A stretch of DNA of 64,000 nucleotides from Terriglobia bacterium (GCA_965218585.1 CBDCLE010000017.1:1-64000); one strand, 5' to 3'; numbered from the stretch's first letter, positions 39,320 to 51,011 are shown. The notes: generated by a model from the sequence alone, not told the origin. A program made the numbers and translations.

Positions 39320-40078
39320 TTATGCAATTCCAATCTTCCGTGCGACAAGATACAGTCCATTCAGAGTCAGATTTTCATCGGTCGTCTCGATCCACCTGGA
39401 CTCTTCCTGAACCAGACTGGCCATGCCGCCGGTGGCGATTACCCGGGCTTCGGCTCCAAGCTCACCCTTCATCCGCTCGATAATGCCGTCAACGAGGGAC
39501 ACATATCCCCAAAAGAAACCACTCTGCAGGCTTGCTACGGTCGACCGACCGATGAGTTCTTCAGGTTTCTTGATGTCAGTTCGAGGCAGACGCGCGGCCT
39601 GGTCGATAAGTGCGGCTGCGGAGATCTCGATTCCCGGACTGATCAGTCCACCCAGGTATTCGCCCTTCGCCGTGATGGCATCAAACGTCGTCGCCGTACC
39701 CAGATCTACGACGATCGCTGGTGCACTGTAATGCTCCAAAACGGCTACCGCGTTTACGATCCGATCGGCACCGACGTCCGCCGGTTCGTTATACAGAATC
39801 GGAATGCCGACATTCTCAGCAGTTGCAAACGTGGCGTCCAGGTTAAAACAGCGTCTGGAGACTTCTTCAAGGACGGCGTCCAGCGGAGGCACGACCGAAG
39901 CGATTATCACCGAAGTGATATCCATGCCTTCGATGGAAAGCAGATTTCTCAGCAGGATGATGTATTCGTCTACCGTCCGCTCCCGATGCGTCGAGAGGCG
40001 CCAGCTGTGGGAGAGCGACTCGCTGTCGTAGACACCGAACACCGTATTCGTGTTTCCCAAGTCAATTGCCAGCAACAT
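39320..40078 (-). CDS. coaX: Type III pantothenate kinase
   Basis: DLGNTN, GADR, DLGTATT and IATGG motifs. Confidence 0.95.
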   Translation of the reverse strand: MLLAIDLGNTNTVFGVYDSESLSHSWRLSTHRERTVDEYIILLRNLLSIEGMDITSVIIASVVPPLDAVLEEVSRRCFNLDATFATAENVGIPILYNEPADVGADRIVNAVAVLEHYSAPAIVVDLGTATTFDAITAKGEYLGGLISPGIEISAAALIDQAARLPRTDIKKPEELIGRSTVASLQSGFFWGYVSLVDGIIERMKGELGAEARVIATGGMASLVQEESRWIETTDENLTLNGLYLVARKIGIA

Positions 40079-40086
40079 GGCCCCTC

Positions 40087-41094
40087 CTATTCCCAATAGA
40101 CGACATCACCGCTGTAGACTTCTTCCACTCCGCCCTCATCCTGCCTGATCCTGAGCGCTCCCAGAGCATTCAATCCGTCCGTTGTCCCCTCTATCTGCCG
40201 GACTCCGTCATGGACCTTCAGTCTCCGTCCATGTGCAAAGCTGGAAAGTCTGGTCCATGGTTCGGTGATCGATACAGGGCCTTTTGCCACAAACCGGTCG
40301 TAGATCTTTTCGAAGGCGGCGAGAAAATCTACAAGGATCTCGATCCGCGAATGAAAACGCCCGGACTCGAGCCTCAATGAACTCCCGATGTCCTTGATTT
40401 CCTTCGGCATTTCACTATGGTTGACGTTGATTCCGACACCGACGATCATCGATCTGACCTGATCCAACTCACCATGCATTTCCGAAAGAATGCCGCACAC
40501 CTTCCTTCTCCCAACAAGAAGATCGTTTGGCCATTTGATATCGATCTGAAGTTCTGTTGTTCGTTCGATCGAATCATGAGCAGCCAGGGCTGCTCCGAGC
40601 GTCAGGAGCGGAGCGAGGTTAGACGATATGTCCGGTTTTAGAACGATGCTTATATACAGCCCGACGCCTGAACCCGAAATCCAATGTCTTCCCCGGCGGC
40701 CTCGGCCTGCTGTCTGCCTCTCCGCAACAACGGTCGTTCCGTGCGAAACGGAACCATCCGAGCTCACCAGGCTCGCTGCAAACGCGTTCGTTGAATCGAC
40801 CTCGTAGAGATGATAGAGGTTCTGCCCCATCGACTTCGTATGAAGCCGCTCGAGAACCAATTCGGGGATCAGGACGTCGGGAAGACGGGTCAGACGAAAT
40901 CCGGAAAACGGCTCACCAAGAATCTCCACGCCTTCGTTGCGCAGTTTGTCGACCAGCCGGAGAACCCGCGAATGAGAGATCCCGAGATCGGTGGCAAGCT
41001 TCTCCCCGGAAACGGGAACGGTCATGTTTCCGATCAGCGAATAGAGAATCGCATCCAGGTTCTGATCTGTTTCGCTGGTGCGTGACCTCGTCAA
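40087..41094 (-). CDS. birA: Biotin--[acetyl-CoA carboxylase] ligase with N-terminal HTH
   Basis: SGEKLA HTH, DSTN, GRGRRG, KWPND and GINVN motifs. Confidence 0.93.
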   Translation of the reverse strand: MTRSRTSETDQNLDAILYSLIGNMTVPVSGEKLATDLGISHSRVLRLVDKLRNEGVEILGEPFSGFRLTRLPDVLIPELVLERLHTKSMGQNLYHLYEVDSTNAFAASLVSSDGSVSHGTTVVAERQTAGRGRRGRHWISGSGVGLYISIVLKPDISSNLAPLLTLGAALAAHDSIERTTELQIDIKWPNDLLVGRRKVCGILSEMHGELDQVRSMIVGVGINVNHSEMPKEIKDIGSSLRLESGRFHSRIEILVDFLAAFEKIYDRFVAKGPVSITEPWTRLSSFAHGRRLKVHDGVRQIEGTTDGLNALGALRIRQDEGGVEEVYSGDVVYWE

Positions 41095-41936
41095 CCCCGT
41101 TTTACCTGAAGGTGAATGTCCGCCCCAACAACGGAATGGGTCAGAGCACCAACGGAAATATAGTCCACGCCCGCCTCGGCAAAACCCCGGATGTTACTGA
41201 GCGTTATTCCGCCCGAGGATTCCAGGGGCACACGTCCATCAACTACCTGGACGGCACTTCTTGTTTTCTGGGCAGTGAAGTTGTCCAGGAGGATCATGTC
41301 CGCTCCTCCGGCGATCGCTTCTTCGAGTTGGGCCGGGTCGGACACTTCGACCTCGATCTTCATCGAGCCGTTCGTCTGGGCACGCGCTGTCTGGACGGCT
41401 TCCTTGACGCTGGGTTGAAAAACAAGGTGGTTGCTCTTGATCAGGACGGCATCGAACAGGCCGACCCGATGATTCACTCCTCCCCCACAGGCAACCGCGT
41501 ACTTGTCCAGCGATCGAAGACCGGGAACAGTTTTCCGCGTATCCAATATCCGGGCCCGCGTCCCGGAGACAGCAGCGACGTATTCCTCGGTCTTTGTCGC
41601 GACACCCGAAAGTCGCTGCAAGAAATTCAGCGATGTTCTCTCCCCAGCAAGGATGGAACGTGCATTTCCGGTAATCCTGGCTAATTGATCTCCGGGTCCA
41701 ACCCCGGCACCATCACGGGAAATATGGTGGAATTCGATATCGCCGTCGAAGAGCCTTACCACTTCTTCAGCTACAGGGAGCCCACAGACGACTATAGATT
41801 CCTTTGCAACGTAGGTTCCGACGGCGGTTGCTTCCTGCGGAACGACGAACTGAGAGGTCACGTCTCCGCTCCCCAGGTCCTCTTCGATAGCGGCCAGAAA
41901 CCGGTCCTTCAACAGACTGAGGTCTGGAGATTTCAT
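41091..41936 (-). CDS. nadC: Quinolinate phosphoribosyltransferase
   Basis: ED..GDVT, DTRKT, HR.GL.D, LLDN and SGGI motifs; start re-placed at ATG 41936. Confidence 0.93.
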   Translation of the reverse strand: MKSPDLSLLKDRFLAAIEEDLGSGDVTSQFVVPQEATAVGTYVAKESIVVCGLPVAEEVVRLFDGDIEFHHISRDGAGVGPGDQLARITGNARSILAGERTSLNFLQRLSGVATKTEEYVAAVSGTRARILDTRKTVPGLRSLDKYAVACGGGVNHRVGLFDAVLIKSNHLVFQPSVKEAVQTARAQTNGSMKIEVEVSDPAQLEEAIAGGADMILLDNFTAQKTRSAVQVVDGRVPLESSGGITLSNIRGFAEAGVDYISVGALTHSVVGADIHLQVKRG

Positions 41937-41982
41937 CTTGAAAATGCCACGGTGTTTAGAGCCGAAAGCGGGAGCAATGATG

Positions 41983-44607
41983 TCATTGCAAACGTTCGAG
42001 TCCTTCGACCAGTCGAGCTTCCTTCGTCTGATAGTCGGAAAGACGCTGCCGATTCTCTTCGACAACCTCTTTGGGAGCTCGCTCCACAAACTTCCTGTTG
42101 GACAACTTCCCTTCCAGCGAGTTGATCTCGCGCCGAACCTTTTCCATTTCGCGGTTCAGCCGAACCTGCTCGGCTTCAAGATCAATAAGTCCGGCAAGAG
42201 GGACTTCCAGGGCAACACCACCGGCCACGGCCTGCGCCGCTGCCCCCTCCAAATCCAACTTCGGAACGATCTCTAAACGTTCCACCCTAGCCAGACGCTG
42301 CATGTAATCCTCGTGGCGGATCAGTACATCCCGAATACCGGAATCCCCGGTTCCAACACGGAGGGGTACAAATTGCTTGGCATCAACGTTTACCTCGGAA
42401 CGAATATTGCGGACCTTGACGATGATTTCCTGAATCAGAGCTGTGTCGCGTTCGACTTTCTCGTCAACGAAATCGGCTTCTAATTCCGGGTACGGTGCAA
42501 CGACGATCGATTCTCCCCTGTGGGGAATCCGTTGCCAGAGTTCCTCGGTGATAAAGGGCATAAACGGATGCAACGTCCGGAGCGCCTTTTCGAAGACATG
42601 AATCAGAACCGGTCTGGATTTCTCGGGATGGAGCTTGGCCATTTCCAGATACCAGTCGCAGAACTCATGCCAGAAGAACTGATAGATACTGCGAGCGGCT
42701 TCATGGAGGAAATAACGGTCCAGCGCCTTGTTCACATCGTCCACCGAACGCATCTGACGGGAAAGAATCCAGCGATCGGCAAGAGAGAGATCCGCATTGC
42801 GAATCTCATCCTCGGCAAGCAGCGTTCCAGAATTGTTCCCGGATCCTAGAATGAATCGGCCCGCGTTCCAGATCTTCGTCGAAAACGCCCGGTAACCTTC
42901 CAACTGGTCTTCGGTGAGGATAAAGTCCGAACCGGGAGCTCCGAGCCGCGCCAGAGTAAAACGTACGGCATCGGTGCCGTATTCATCGCAGACCAGCATC
43001 GGATCTCCTGCATTGCCTTTTGATTTGGAGAGTTTCTGTCTCTCGGCGTCACGGACAAGCCCGTGTATATAGACCTCGCTGAACGGGACATCTCCGGCAA
43101 ACTTGAGGCCGGCCATGATCATGCGGGCCACCCAGAAGAAAATGATGTCGAAACCCGTGACGAGGAGACTCGTGGGATAAAAAGCCTTCAGGTCGCTGGT
43201 TTCCTCGGGCCATCCCATCGTCGAAAACGGCCACAGCTGCGAGCTGAACCAGGTGTCGAGGACATCCTCGTCCTGGGTGATCTCATCTGAGCCGCACTTG
43301 GAACATGCCGTCGGATCGACCCGGGAGACAACGACTTCGCCACATTTGCAGTACCAGGCGGGTATTCTGTGTCCCCACCAGAGCTGGCGGGAAATGCACC
43401 AGTCCCGTATGTTGTACATCCACTCGAAATAGGTCTTAGCCCAGTTCGCCGGTACAAACTTGATGTCGCCTTCTTCGACGGCTCGAATGGCTTCGGCGGC
43501 CATTGGCCCGACATCGACGAACCACTGGGTCGACAACAACGGTTCCACGATGGTCTTGCAACGCGAACAATGCCCGACATTGTGGGCGTGCGACTCAACA
43601 CGGGTCAGGAATGTCTGCGCTACGAGATCCGACAGCAATCGTTCTCGCGCTTCAAACCGGTCCAGACCCGCGTACACCCCGCCCGCCTCGGTGATGTTGC
43701 CTTCTTCATCAATGACACTGATCCGTTCCAGTCCGTGGCGCTCGCCCATATCAAAGTCGGCGGGATCATGCGCCGGCGTCACCTTGACGACGCCTGTACC
43801 AAACTCACGATCCACGACGTCGTCGGAAATGAACGGCAGTCTTCTACCAACCAGAGGCAGCTGGGCACTTCTGTCTTTGAGGTGGGCATACCGCTCATCC
43901 TCCGGATGCACAGCAATGGCTGTATCTCCCAGCATCGTCTCGGGACGCGTGGTCGCAACCTCGACGAACTCCTCGTCCGCGCCTTCAACCCTGTAACGGA
44001 TGTGGTAGAGCTTTCCTTCAAGAGATTTGTATTCGACCTCCAGGTCCGACAACGCCGTCCGGCATCTCGGGCACCAGTTGATCAACCGCTCAGCCCGGTA
44101 AATCAAACCCTCCTCGTAGAGACGCACAAATACTTCCCGTACGGCGTCGGAAAGGCCTTCATCGAGGGTGAAGCGGTGCCGCGACCAGTCGCAGGAATCT
44201 CCGATCCGCCGAATCTGTTTCGTAATGAGATCTCCGTATTCGCTCTTCCATTCCCAGACCTTTTCAACAAATTTGTCCCGGCCAAGATCGTGACGGGTCA
44301 ACCCCTCCTCACGCAGCTGCTTTTCTACAACGTTCTGCGTCGCGATACCGGCATGGTCAGTCCCGGGCAACCAGAGAGTATTGAAACCTTGCATCCGCTT
44401 CCGGCGGATGATGACGTCGTGAACCGTATGATCGAGCATGTGCCCCATGTGGAGAGAACCGGTCACGTTGGGTGGAGGCATTACGATAACGAACGGCGGG
44501 GCAGAAGAATCGGCATTGGCACGGAAATATCCCCGGGTTTCCCAAAAGTCATACCAACGGGACTCCACTCGGTTGGCGTCGTATGTCTTCGGAATATCAG
44601 TCTTCAT
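41983..44607 (-). CDS. valS: Valine--tRNA ligase
   Basis: [31 protein letters not shown]-terminal coiled coil. Confidence 0.97.
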   Translation of the reverse strand: MKTDIPKTYDANRVESRWYDFWETRGYFRANADSSAPPFVIVMPPPNVTGSLHMGHMLDHTVHDVIIRRKRMQGFNTLWLPGTDHAGIATQNVVEKQLREEGLTRHDLGRDKFVEKVWEWKSEYGDLITKQIRRIGDSCDWSRHRFTLDEGLSDAVREVFVRLYEEGLIYRAERLINWCPRCRTALSDLEVEYKSLEGKLYHIRYRVEGADEEFVEVATTRPETMLGDTAIAVHPEDERYAHLKDRSAQLPLVGRRLPFISDDVVDREFGTGVVKVTPAHDPADFDMGERHGLERISVIDEEGNITEAGGVYAGLDRFEARERLLSDLVAQTFLTRVESHAHNVGHCSRCKTIVEPLLSTQWFVDVGPMAAEAIRAVEEGDIKFVPANWAKTYFEWMYNIRDWCISRQLWWGHRIPAWYCKCGEVVVSRVDPTACSKCGSDEITQDEDVLDTWFSSQLWPFSTMGWPEETSDLKAFYPTSLLVTGFDIIFFWVARMIMAGLKFAGDVPFSEVYIHGLVRDAERQKLSKSKGNAGDPMLVCDEYGTDAVRFTLARLGAPGSDFILTEDQLEGYRAFSTKIWNAGRFILGSGNNSGTLLAEDEIRNADLSLADRWILSRQMRSVDDVNKALDRYFLHEAARSIYQFFWHEFCDWYLEMAKLHPEKSRPVLIHVFEKALRTLHPFMPFITEELWQRIPHRGESIVVAPYPELEADFVDEKVERDTALIQEIIVKVRNIRSEVNVDAKQFVPLRVGTGDSGIRDVLIRHEDYMQRLARVERLEIVPKLDLEGAAAQAVAGGVALEVPLAGLIDLEAEQVRLNREMEKVRREINSLEGKLSNRKFVERAPKEVVEENRQRLSDYQTKEARLVEGLERLQ

Positions 44608-45208
44608 CGTGCTTCTTCAACTCTTCGTTGACCACCTTGTCTGCGATCTCCGGAACGATTTCCCATGCGATACCCTCGATGACTTCCCTCGACATTCTCT
44701 GGATCACCCGGTCCGCAATCGCATCGATCTCCTGTCCTGACAGCTCTCCAGGCCCACCGCCTTGGTCAACCTTCGGAAACAACTCCTCCAGACCGAGAAT
44801 GTCATCATCGGAGTCTTGTGCTGGCGCCGGGCCCACAAGGGGGTCATCGATCATTCCGGACACCATCTCCAGAAGCTCCTGAGGCTCAAAAGGCTTCTTG
44901 ATTCGACCATTGGCCTCGACGCGTTCGGCCTCTTCCTCATCAAAGGCTTCGAACGCTCCAACCAGTAAAACGACAGGCGTGGCAGCCAACACCGGATGTT
45001 GCTTGACGAACGAACACACTTCATAGCCGTTCTTGCCCGGCATGTAGATGTCGGCAAGCACAATAGACGGTCGAACTTCATCGAACTTGCTGAGGGCCGC
45101 CTCTCCGTTACTGACAGCGACAACGGTGTAGTTAGCGCCCTCGAAGGTCTGTGCCACGAGTCGCTGAATCGTTGGACTGTCGTCAGCAAGCAGAATTGTT
45201 TGTGTCAT
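44597..45208 (-). CDS. Response regulator receiver protein with acidic C-terminal tail
   Basis: LADD, ADIYMP and KPF motifs; tail ending [10 protein letters not shown]. Confidence 0.85.
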   Translation of the reverse strand: MTQTILLADDSPTIQRLVAQTFEGANYTVVAVSNGEAALSKFDEVRPSIVLADIYMPGKNGYEVCSFVKQHPVLAATPVVLLVGAFEAFDEEEAERVEANGRIKKPFEPQELLEMVSGMIDDPLVGPAPAQDSDDDILGLEELFPKVDQGGGPGELSGQEIDAIADRVIQRMSREVIEGIAWEIVPEIADKVVNEELKKHDED

Positions 45209-45388
45209 GTATTCTTCCGTGGGCTCCGGGCCCTCAGGAAAGCGTTCGGTGAGGAGTGATCGGCCGGATTCCCAGCATCGTCATTTCTGGCTGACCACTT
45301 CCCCGCTGGCATAAATATAGGCGGCCGAACGGCCGCCCTTTTTCGTCCAATTCTCTTTGGCCCGCAGGTTCTGTCCCACGGTTTATCC

Positions 45389-46390
45389 CTACTGTTCCCC
45401 TAACGACTCATCCGAACCAACCACAGCGCCCTCTACCTCAAACACGCCTTCCTCGTCACCGCCGGTCCCATCTTCACCAGGAATGATCGAAGCCGCTGTC
45501 GTATCCGTGGAAATATCAGGACGGCGGCTCCAGAGACCGAACATGCGAGCCAGCAATCCTTTTCCGTCGGGTTCAGGTGCGGCTTCAGCTCTTGCGAGTG
45601 CGACAGGGTTTGCACTTGGGATCGGCTGGTCCAACTCTGCCAGACGCTCCGTCGCATCCTCGACGACCTCTGCCAGTGGGTGGTCCCGGATGACCCGCGT
45701 GTAATAGAGAATCGATTCACCTTCGTCGTCGTTGGCACGCATGGTTTCGGCAAGCCGGAAGAGAGTTTCCGGCATCTGGGAAAAGTCTGGATACTTTTCA
45801 AGAATCTCCAAGTACCGATCGGTTGCGGCTATGTAAGAACCCACCGTCTCGTAGTAATTCGCTATCCTCAGAACGCCTTCAGCCAGCACTTCCTGGACGG
45901 CTCGAAGTTTTTCCTTGGCTTCGTCCAAAAGTGGGCTGTCCGGATAGGTGGACACGAAATTCCTCAACTCCAACTCCGCCATCAGGGCCTGAGTCGAGTC
46001 CCTGTCAGGCTTTTCCATCTGACGCACGTGGGTCATGGCAACCATTAGTTGCGCATCATCAGACAAGTCATCTGTCGGGAAAAAGGTAATGTAATCCTTG
46101 AATTCAGCCTCGGCCTGGATCATGTCCGAACTGGTACCAGCCCGATAGAAAGATTCGGCGACCGCGTATTTCGATTGCGGGAGAAATTCGCTGTCCGGAT
46201 ACGTATTGATGAGCGTGTTCAGTTCAAGCCGAGCCCTGACATAGCGACCCTGGTCGAGGTCGAACAACGCCCGGTTAAACAAAGTCCGATCCGGCTCATC
46301 GATACCCTCACCGATATCGATGTCTTCCGGATATCCGCCACATCCTGTGAGGAACAGAACGGCGAGTACAACCCAAACCTTCCGCTTCAT
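45389..46390 (-). CDS. bamD: Outer membrane assembly lipoprotein BamD
   Basis: Lipobox LTGC; TPR repeats; YPDS and DRDST motifs. Confidence 0.85.
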   Translation of the reverse strand: MKRKVWVVLAVLFLTGCGGYPEDIDIGEGIDEPDRTLFNRALFDLDQGRYVRARLELNTLINTYPDSEFLPQSKYAVAESFYRAGTSSDMIQAEAEFKDYITFFPTDDLSDDAQLMVAMTHVRQMEKPDRDSTQALMAELELRNFVSTYPDSPLLDEAKEKLRAVQEVLAEGVLRIANYYETVGSYIAATDRYLEILEKYPDFSQMPETLFRLAETMRANDDEGESILYYTRVIRDHPLAEVVEDATERLAELDQPIPSANPVALARAEAAPEPDGKGLLARMFGLWSRRPDISTDTTAASIIPGEDGTGGDEEGVFEVEGAVVGSDESLGEQ

Positions 46391-46425
46391 TCACCGACCT
46401 CTCAGATTCGGGGAAAACCCTTAAA

Positions 46426-47109
46426 TCATACGTACTTAGAATCATAACCGAGCAGGGTAGCCTTTTCCAACATTTCCTGAACCACCGCTGCCGGATCTGG
46501 GGCTTTAAAAATAGCAGAGCCGGCTACGATGACCTCGGCGCCGGCTCCGAGCACATCGCCCAGATTGTCCAGGTCGATTCCACCGTCAACCTCGATGGCG
46601 CACCCGACCCCAGCCTGGTCGATCATCTCGCGAAGCCGACGGATTTTCCGAATCGTATAGGGAATAAACTCCTGACCACCGAAACCCGGATTCACAGTCA
46701 TCACCAGGATCAGATCCACAAGATCAAGGACGTGCTCGACCTCCGTAAGCGACGTTGCCGGATTGAGCGCAACACCTACCCTGGCGCCGAAGGAGCGGAC
46801 CAGGGCAACGGTTCGGTCCAGGTGCTTCAAGGCTTCGACATGAACCGTAATGGTGCTGGCTCCAGCCTCTGCAAATGCGGGAACGAAGCGGTCCGCTTCG
46901 GCGATCATCAGGTGGACGTCGAGCGGAAGTTCGGTTGCATCACGAATCGATTTCACAACAGGGGGGCCGATCGTTATGTTGGGTACGAAGTGCCCGTCCA
47001 TGACGTCGACGTGAATCATATGAGCCCCGGCCTCCTCTACCGTTCGAATCTCCTCACCCAGTCGTGTGAAATCCGCGGAGAGTATGGACGGAGCGATTTG
47101 TACGTTCAC
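46426..47109 (-). CDS. rpe: Ribulose-phosphate 3-epimerase
   Basis: APSILSAD, HVDVMDGHFVPN, VNPGFGGQ and VDGG motifs. Confidence 0.97.
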   Translation of the reverse strand: MNVQIAPSILSADFTRLGEEIRTVEEAGAHMIHVDVMDGHFVPNITIGPPVVKSIRDATELPLDVHLMIAEADRFVPAFAEAGASTITVHVEALKHLDRTVALVRSFGARVGVALNPATSLTEVEHVLDLVDLILVMTVNPGFGGQEFIPYTIRKIRRLREMIDQAGVGCAIEVDGGIDLDNLGDVLGAGAEVIVAGSAIFKAPDPAAVVQEMLEKATLLGYDSKYV

Positions 47110-47885
47110 TGGCTCACTTCCAGGTTGATGACCTCGTTTTTCGACACTTTGTAGCCGGCTGCGGGTTGCTGGCCCACGACCAGGCCCGGTTCGAGTTCCG
47201 ACCCCTCGGTGTAGGCGATCTCCCCCAGTCGAAACCCCTCCCCTCGCATACGGGCAACCACATCGTCGGCCAATTGCTCGGTCAAGTCCGGCATAACGTA
47301 GTACTGCTCGATCGGGCCGAGGGAAACCAGCACATTAACAGCAGGATCGTCGTCGCCGATGTCCCCAGCTTCGGGTTTCTGATGCATCACGATGGACACA
47401 TCGCCATCCCCGGTATGTGAATAGACGGTGTTTCCAACCGAAAGGCCACGCTGATTCAGCATGATCTGCGCGCTTCTGAAGCTTGATCCGGCCAACTCGG
47501 GAACAGGAAATTGACGCTCTCCCAAACTCAACAGAACACGCACGCTTCGATCCCTCTTCACCCGTGTCCCCGCAGAAGGATTCTGATCCAGTATCTGGCC
47601 CTCCGGGATCGTGTCACTGAAACGGCGGCTGTCCAACTCCAGACCAAGTCCCAATTCCGCCAGTATCCGGCTCGCTTCGACCTCAGCCATACCGCCCAGT
47701 TCAGGAACCTCGACCTCCTGCCCCCGAATGGCAAACCGCATCGCTGTCATAGCACTGAGCATTCCCGCAGCCAGTAGGACGAGAATCATGAGTGTCACAA
47801 CCGAGAAACGAGCCCAGAAGCTATCCCCCTCCGAGGTTTCTTTTTCCGGTCGATTTCTAGGCGTGTGGTTGATCGTTTTAAGCAC
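47106..47885 (-). CDS. Membrane-anchored PASTA-domain protein (three PASTA repeats)
   Basis: TM helix followed by VPEL/VPEL/MPDL...Q.P..G repeats. Confidence 0.85.
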   Translation of the reverse strand: MLKTINHTPRNRPEKETSEGDSFWARFSVVTLMILVLLAAGMLSAMTAMRFAIRGQEVEVPELGGMAEVEASRILAELGLGLELDSRRFSDTIPEGQILDQNPSAGTRVKRDRSVRVLLSLGERQFPVPELAGSSFRSAQIMLNQRGLSVGNTVYSHTGDGDVSIVMHQKPEAGDIGDDDPAVNVLVSLGPIEQYYVMPDLTEQLADDVVARMRGEGFRLGEIAYTEGSELEPGLVVGQQPAAGYKVSKNEVINLEVSQ

Positions 47886-48227
47886 TATCTTCTCACGTGT
47901 TCAGCTTATAGTATCCCGTCCCATGGCAGCCGGTGTTTAAAGTCCGACGTGCGCTCACCAGTCGTCGATTTGATCTTATTCTTACACTGACGCCTCGGCT
48001 CCGCCTCGTTGTCCACCCGCACCGTCGAACCGGTGTGGGTCCTTTTGGGACATGTTTCAACATTCCGCAAATCCCTAGAGGCCTCGCCATCAGGAGAATG
48101 GCGAGGGTCGCCGGGCGTTCGGTCAGGATGGCCGCTTGAACGCCCGAGCGAAATCTTATGTTGCATATCGCTAACTGAGGACCCTAAGCACCCACTTACA
48201 GGACAGGGTACTTGTGTCCTGGCCCGA

Positions 48228-49175
48228 TCAGGACCTTTCCAGAGCCGTGAACCGGTCCCCGGGAACGAGACGAACTCCGTTGGCGAAATCCGCACCAGAC
48301 ACAGCGTTCTTGTTCTCCAACTGAAGTCGCTCGATCTCCAGCCAACGACCATCTCCGCAGCTCACCGTCAGTCGATTGGAATCAAACTCAACCGTTCCGG
48401 GCTCGCAGTCTTCGGCCGTATCACCCGTGGGACGGGAGCCGAGAATCCTGCATGCCTTACCCCGGAACCCAACAACGACCGAAGGCCATGGGAGAAAAGC
48501 ACGCACCTTATTATGTATCGCCTCCGCGGATTCGTGCCAGCCGATATAGGCGTCTTCTTTCCGTAGGCGTCGGGCCATGCTCGCCAACTTCTCCTCCTGC
48601 GGCGTCGGCTGAACTTCACCAGTCTCGATCGCTTCAAGTGTGCGGACCAAAAGCCGAGCACCCAACACTGCCAGGCGCCCTCCCAGCTCGGGCGCAGTCT
48701 CCTGCAGTCCAATCTGCGTGTCTTCGCAGTAGTAAACGGGCCCCGTATCCATCCCTTCATCGATCTGCATCGTACAGACACCGGTTCGCTCGTCTCCGCT
48801 CGCGATCGCCCAATTGATCGGAGCTGCGCCCCGGTACTTTGGTAACAGGGAGCCATGGACGTTCACGATTCCGAACCGTGGGAGGTCGATGAGCCAGGGA
48901 GGCAGAATCTTTCCGTACGCAACGACGACGATCAATTCCGGGGAGAGACCCTCGATCAAGGCTCGAACGCTGCCTGGTTTGAAGGACTTGGGCTGATGGA
49001 TCTCCAGGCCCAGGGACAACGCGGTTTCTTTTACCGGGGAAAAATGAACCCGTCGCCCGCGTCCGCTTGGCCGATCGGGCTGAATGAAAACGGCGCTGAC
49101 GCTATGTCCGGCAGAAACAAGCTCTTCCAACGACGGAACTGCGAAGGCCGCAGTGCCCATGAAGGCCAGGCGCAT
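48228..49175 (-). CDS. fmt: Methionyl-tRNA formyltransferase
   Basis: FMGT..FA, QPDRP.GRG and NVHGSLLP.YRGAAP motifs. Confidence 0.96.
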   Translation of the reverse strand: MRLAFMGTAAFAVPSLEELVSAGHSVSAVFIQPDRPSGRGRRVHFSPVKETALSLGLEIHQPKSFKPGSVRALIEGLSPELIVVVAYGKILPPWLIDLPRFGIVNVHGSLLPKYRGAAPINWAIASGDERTGVCTMQIDEGMDTGPVYYCEDTQIGLQETAPELGGRLAVLGARLLVRTLEAIETGEVQPTPQEEKLASMARRLRKEDAYIGWHESAEAIHNKVRAFLPWPSVVVGFRGKACRILGSRPTGDTAEDCEPGTVEFDSNRLTVSCGDGRWLEIERLQLENKNAVSGADFANGVRLVPGDRFTALERS

Positions 49176-49178
49176 GAC

Positions 49179-49688
49179 CTACCATTCATCCTGCTTGACG
49201 AGTTTCCGGATCTTCCGCCGAATGAGATCCCTCTTGATGAAACTCAAGTGTTCGAGGAAAAGGACGCCGTTGAGGTGGTCCATTTCGTGGCAGAACGCGC
49301 GCGCTAACAGATCGGAGCCTTCAAGGATCAGATCCCGGCCCTCCATATCGACCCCCTTTATGACGACTTTCTTTGGACGCCGGACCGGTTCGGTGAAGCC
49401 GGGGATGCTCAAACAACCTTCTTCCTCATACTGCTCGCCATCGGTAGACACGATCTCGGGATTGAGAATCACCAGGAGGTGATCTTCTTTTTCACCTGCG
49501 CTGGTGTCGGTCACCATGATCCGCTGGGAAAACCCCACCTGCGGCGCAGCCAGGCCAACACCAGGCGCTTTGTACATGGTTTCCACCATGTCGGCAACGA
49601 GCTTTACTTCCATGTCCGTGATGTTCTCCACGGGTGTTGCAATTTTCTGAAGAACCTCGGCACCAAACTTGACGATAGGTCTATTCAT
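49179..49688 (-). CDS. def: Peptide deformylase
   Basis: GVGLAAPQ, EGCLS and HEMDH motifs. Confidence 0.97.
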   Translation of the reverse strand: MNRPIVKFGAEVLQKIATPVENITDMEVKLVADMVETMYKAPGVGLAAPQVGFSQRIMVTDTSAGEKEDHLLVILNPEIVSTDGEQYEEEGCLSIPGFTEPVRRPKKVVIKGVDMEGRDLILEGSDLLARAFCHEMDHLNGVLFLEHLSFIKRDLIRRKIRKLVKQDEW

Positions 49689-49690
49689 GG

Positions 49691-50875
49691 TCAATCTGAT
49701 GTGCCGAAGTTCCTCAACTGCTCGAGATACCCGGCATAGTTCCTCAGGGCCTCCCCCATCGAATCACCGCCGAATTTTTCTGTCACGGCTTCGGCCAGGA
49801 CCAGCGCAACCATAGATTCAGCGATTACTCCGGCAGCTGGCACCGTGCAGGTGTCGGATCTCTCGTGGGCTGCCTCGAATGGCTCCTTCGAAATCATGTC
49901 GACGGAACGGAGAGCCTTCTTGAGCGTAGGAATGGGCTTCAGATACCCGATCACACGGACATCCTCGCCGTTGGTAATTCCGCCTTCTGTTCCTCCAGCG
50001 CGGTTTGACAGCCGGTCGAAACGTCCCGTTTCAGAATCGAATGAAATCTCATCGTGAGAAACTGAACCTCGTCGTCCGGCCGTACGGACGCCATCTCCAA
50101 TCTCCACGGCCTTGATCGCGTGTATCGACATGACAGCCTGCGCAAGCCGTCCATCGAGTTTCCGATCCCAACCCGTGTGCGATCCTAAACCCACAGGCGT
50201 GTTGCACGCTACGACTTCAAAAGTGCCCCCGATCGTGTCTCCGTCTTTCTGCGCCTTCCCGATCTCCTCGACCATACTCTTCGAGTAGTCTTCCAGTACG
50301 CATCTCACGACGTCGTCATTGCGAATTGATTCGAGCTGATCCCAGGAAACAGCGAAATCATCGGGAACCTTGACGGAACCTATAGACGTGGTGTGGCTCA
50401 GAATCTCCACATCAAAAGCTCGCAGGAATTCCTTTGCCACAGCTCCGGCCGCCACGCGCGACGCCGTTTCGCGAGCGCTCGAGCGCTCGAGAATGTTTCG
50501 TGCGTCGGACTGATCGAATTTCTGGGAGCCCACAAGGTCCGCATGGCCCGGCCTTGGGCGAGTGACTCGTCTCTTTTCTGCAACTTCGGCTGAGACAGGC
50601 TCAACCGACATCACTCCATCCCAGTTCGGCCAGTCCCGATTCTCGATCATCAGCGCGATCGGGCTCCCCAGCGTCCGACCGTGCCTCACACCTGAAAGGA
50701 CACGAACCTGGTCGGACTCGATCTTCATTCTCCCGCCCCGGCCGAATCCTCCCTGGCGTCGTTTCAGTTCTCCATTGATGAAGGCAATATCCAGATCCAG
50801 ATTGGCCGGAACACCGTCCACAATGATGACCAACGCCTGTCCATGGGACTCGCCGGCAGTCTTAAACCTAAACAT
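49691..50875 (-). CDS. aroC: Chorismate synthase
   Basis: TAGESHG, RPGHAD and RSSARET motifs; start at ATG 50875. Confidence 0.96.
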   Translation of the reverse strand: MFRFKTAGESHGQALVIIVDGVPANLDLDIAFINGELKRRQGGFGRGGRMKIESDQVRVLSGVRHGRTLGSPIALMIENRDWPNWDGVMSVEPVSAEVAEKRRVTRPRPGHADLVGSQKFDQSDARNILERSSARETASRVAAGAVAKEFLRAFDVEILSHTTSIGSVKVPDDFAVSWDQLESIRNDDVVRCVLEDYSKSMVEEIGKAQKDGDTIGGTFEVVACNTPVGLGSHTGWDRKLDGRLAQAVMSIHAIKAVEIGDGVRTAGRRGSVSHDEISFDSETGRFDRLSNRAGGTEGGITNGEDVRVIGYLKPIPTLKKALRSVDMISKEPFEAAHERSDTCTVPAAGVIAESMVALVLAEAVTEKFGGDSMGEALRNYAGYLEQLRNFGTSD

Positions 50876-51011
50876 TCGCCCAGTATAGCAGCCCGGGAAC
50901 CATGTGGCAGGGCCCTGGGGCCAGCCTTTGAACGAGGCGTCCAACTTGAAATTTACGAGTTACTTCGGCCGATCACTACCGTCGTTGACGCTAAAAGGGT
51001 CTTCCGATACG

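Noticed and set aside
41937-42089. N-terminal extension of nadC (similar extensions for aroC, mlaE, egtD, the epimerase and the DedA gene)
   Set aside because: Longest-ORF artefacts overlapping neighbours; recognisable protein sequence starts at downstream codons
43369-44631. 420-aa ORF antisense to valS (and similar long antisense ORFs over prfA, thiolase and ileS)
   Set aside because: Expected shadow ORFs in GC-rich coding DNA; no motifs
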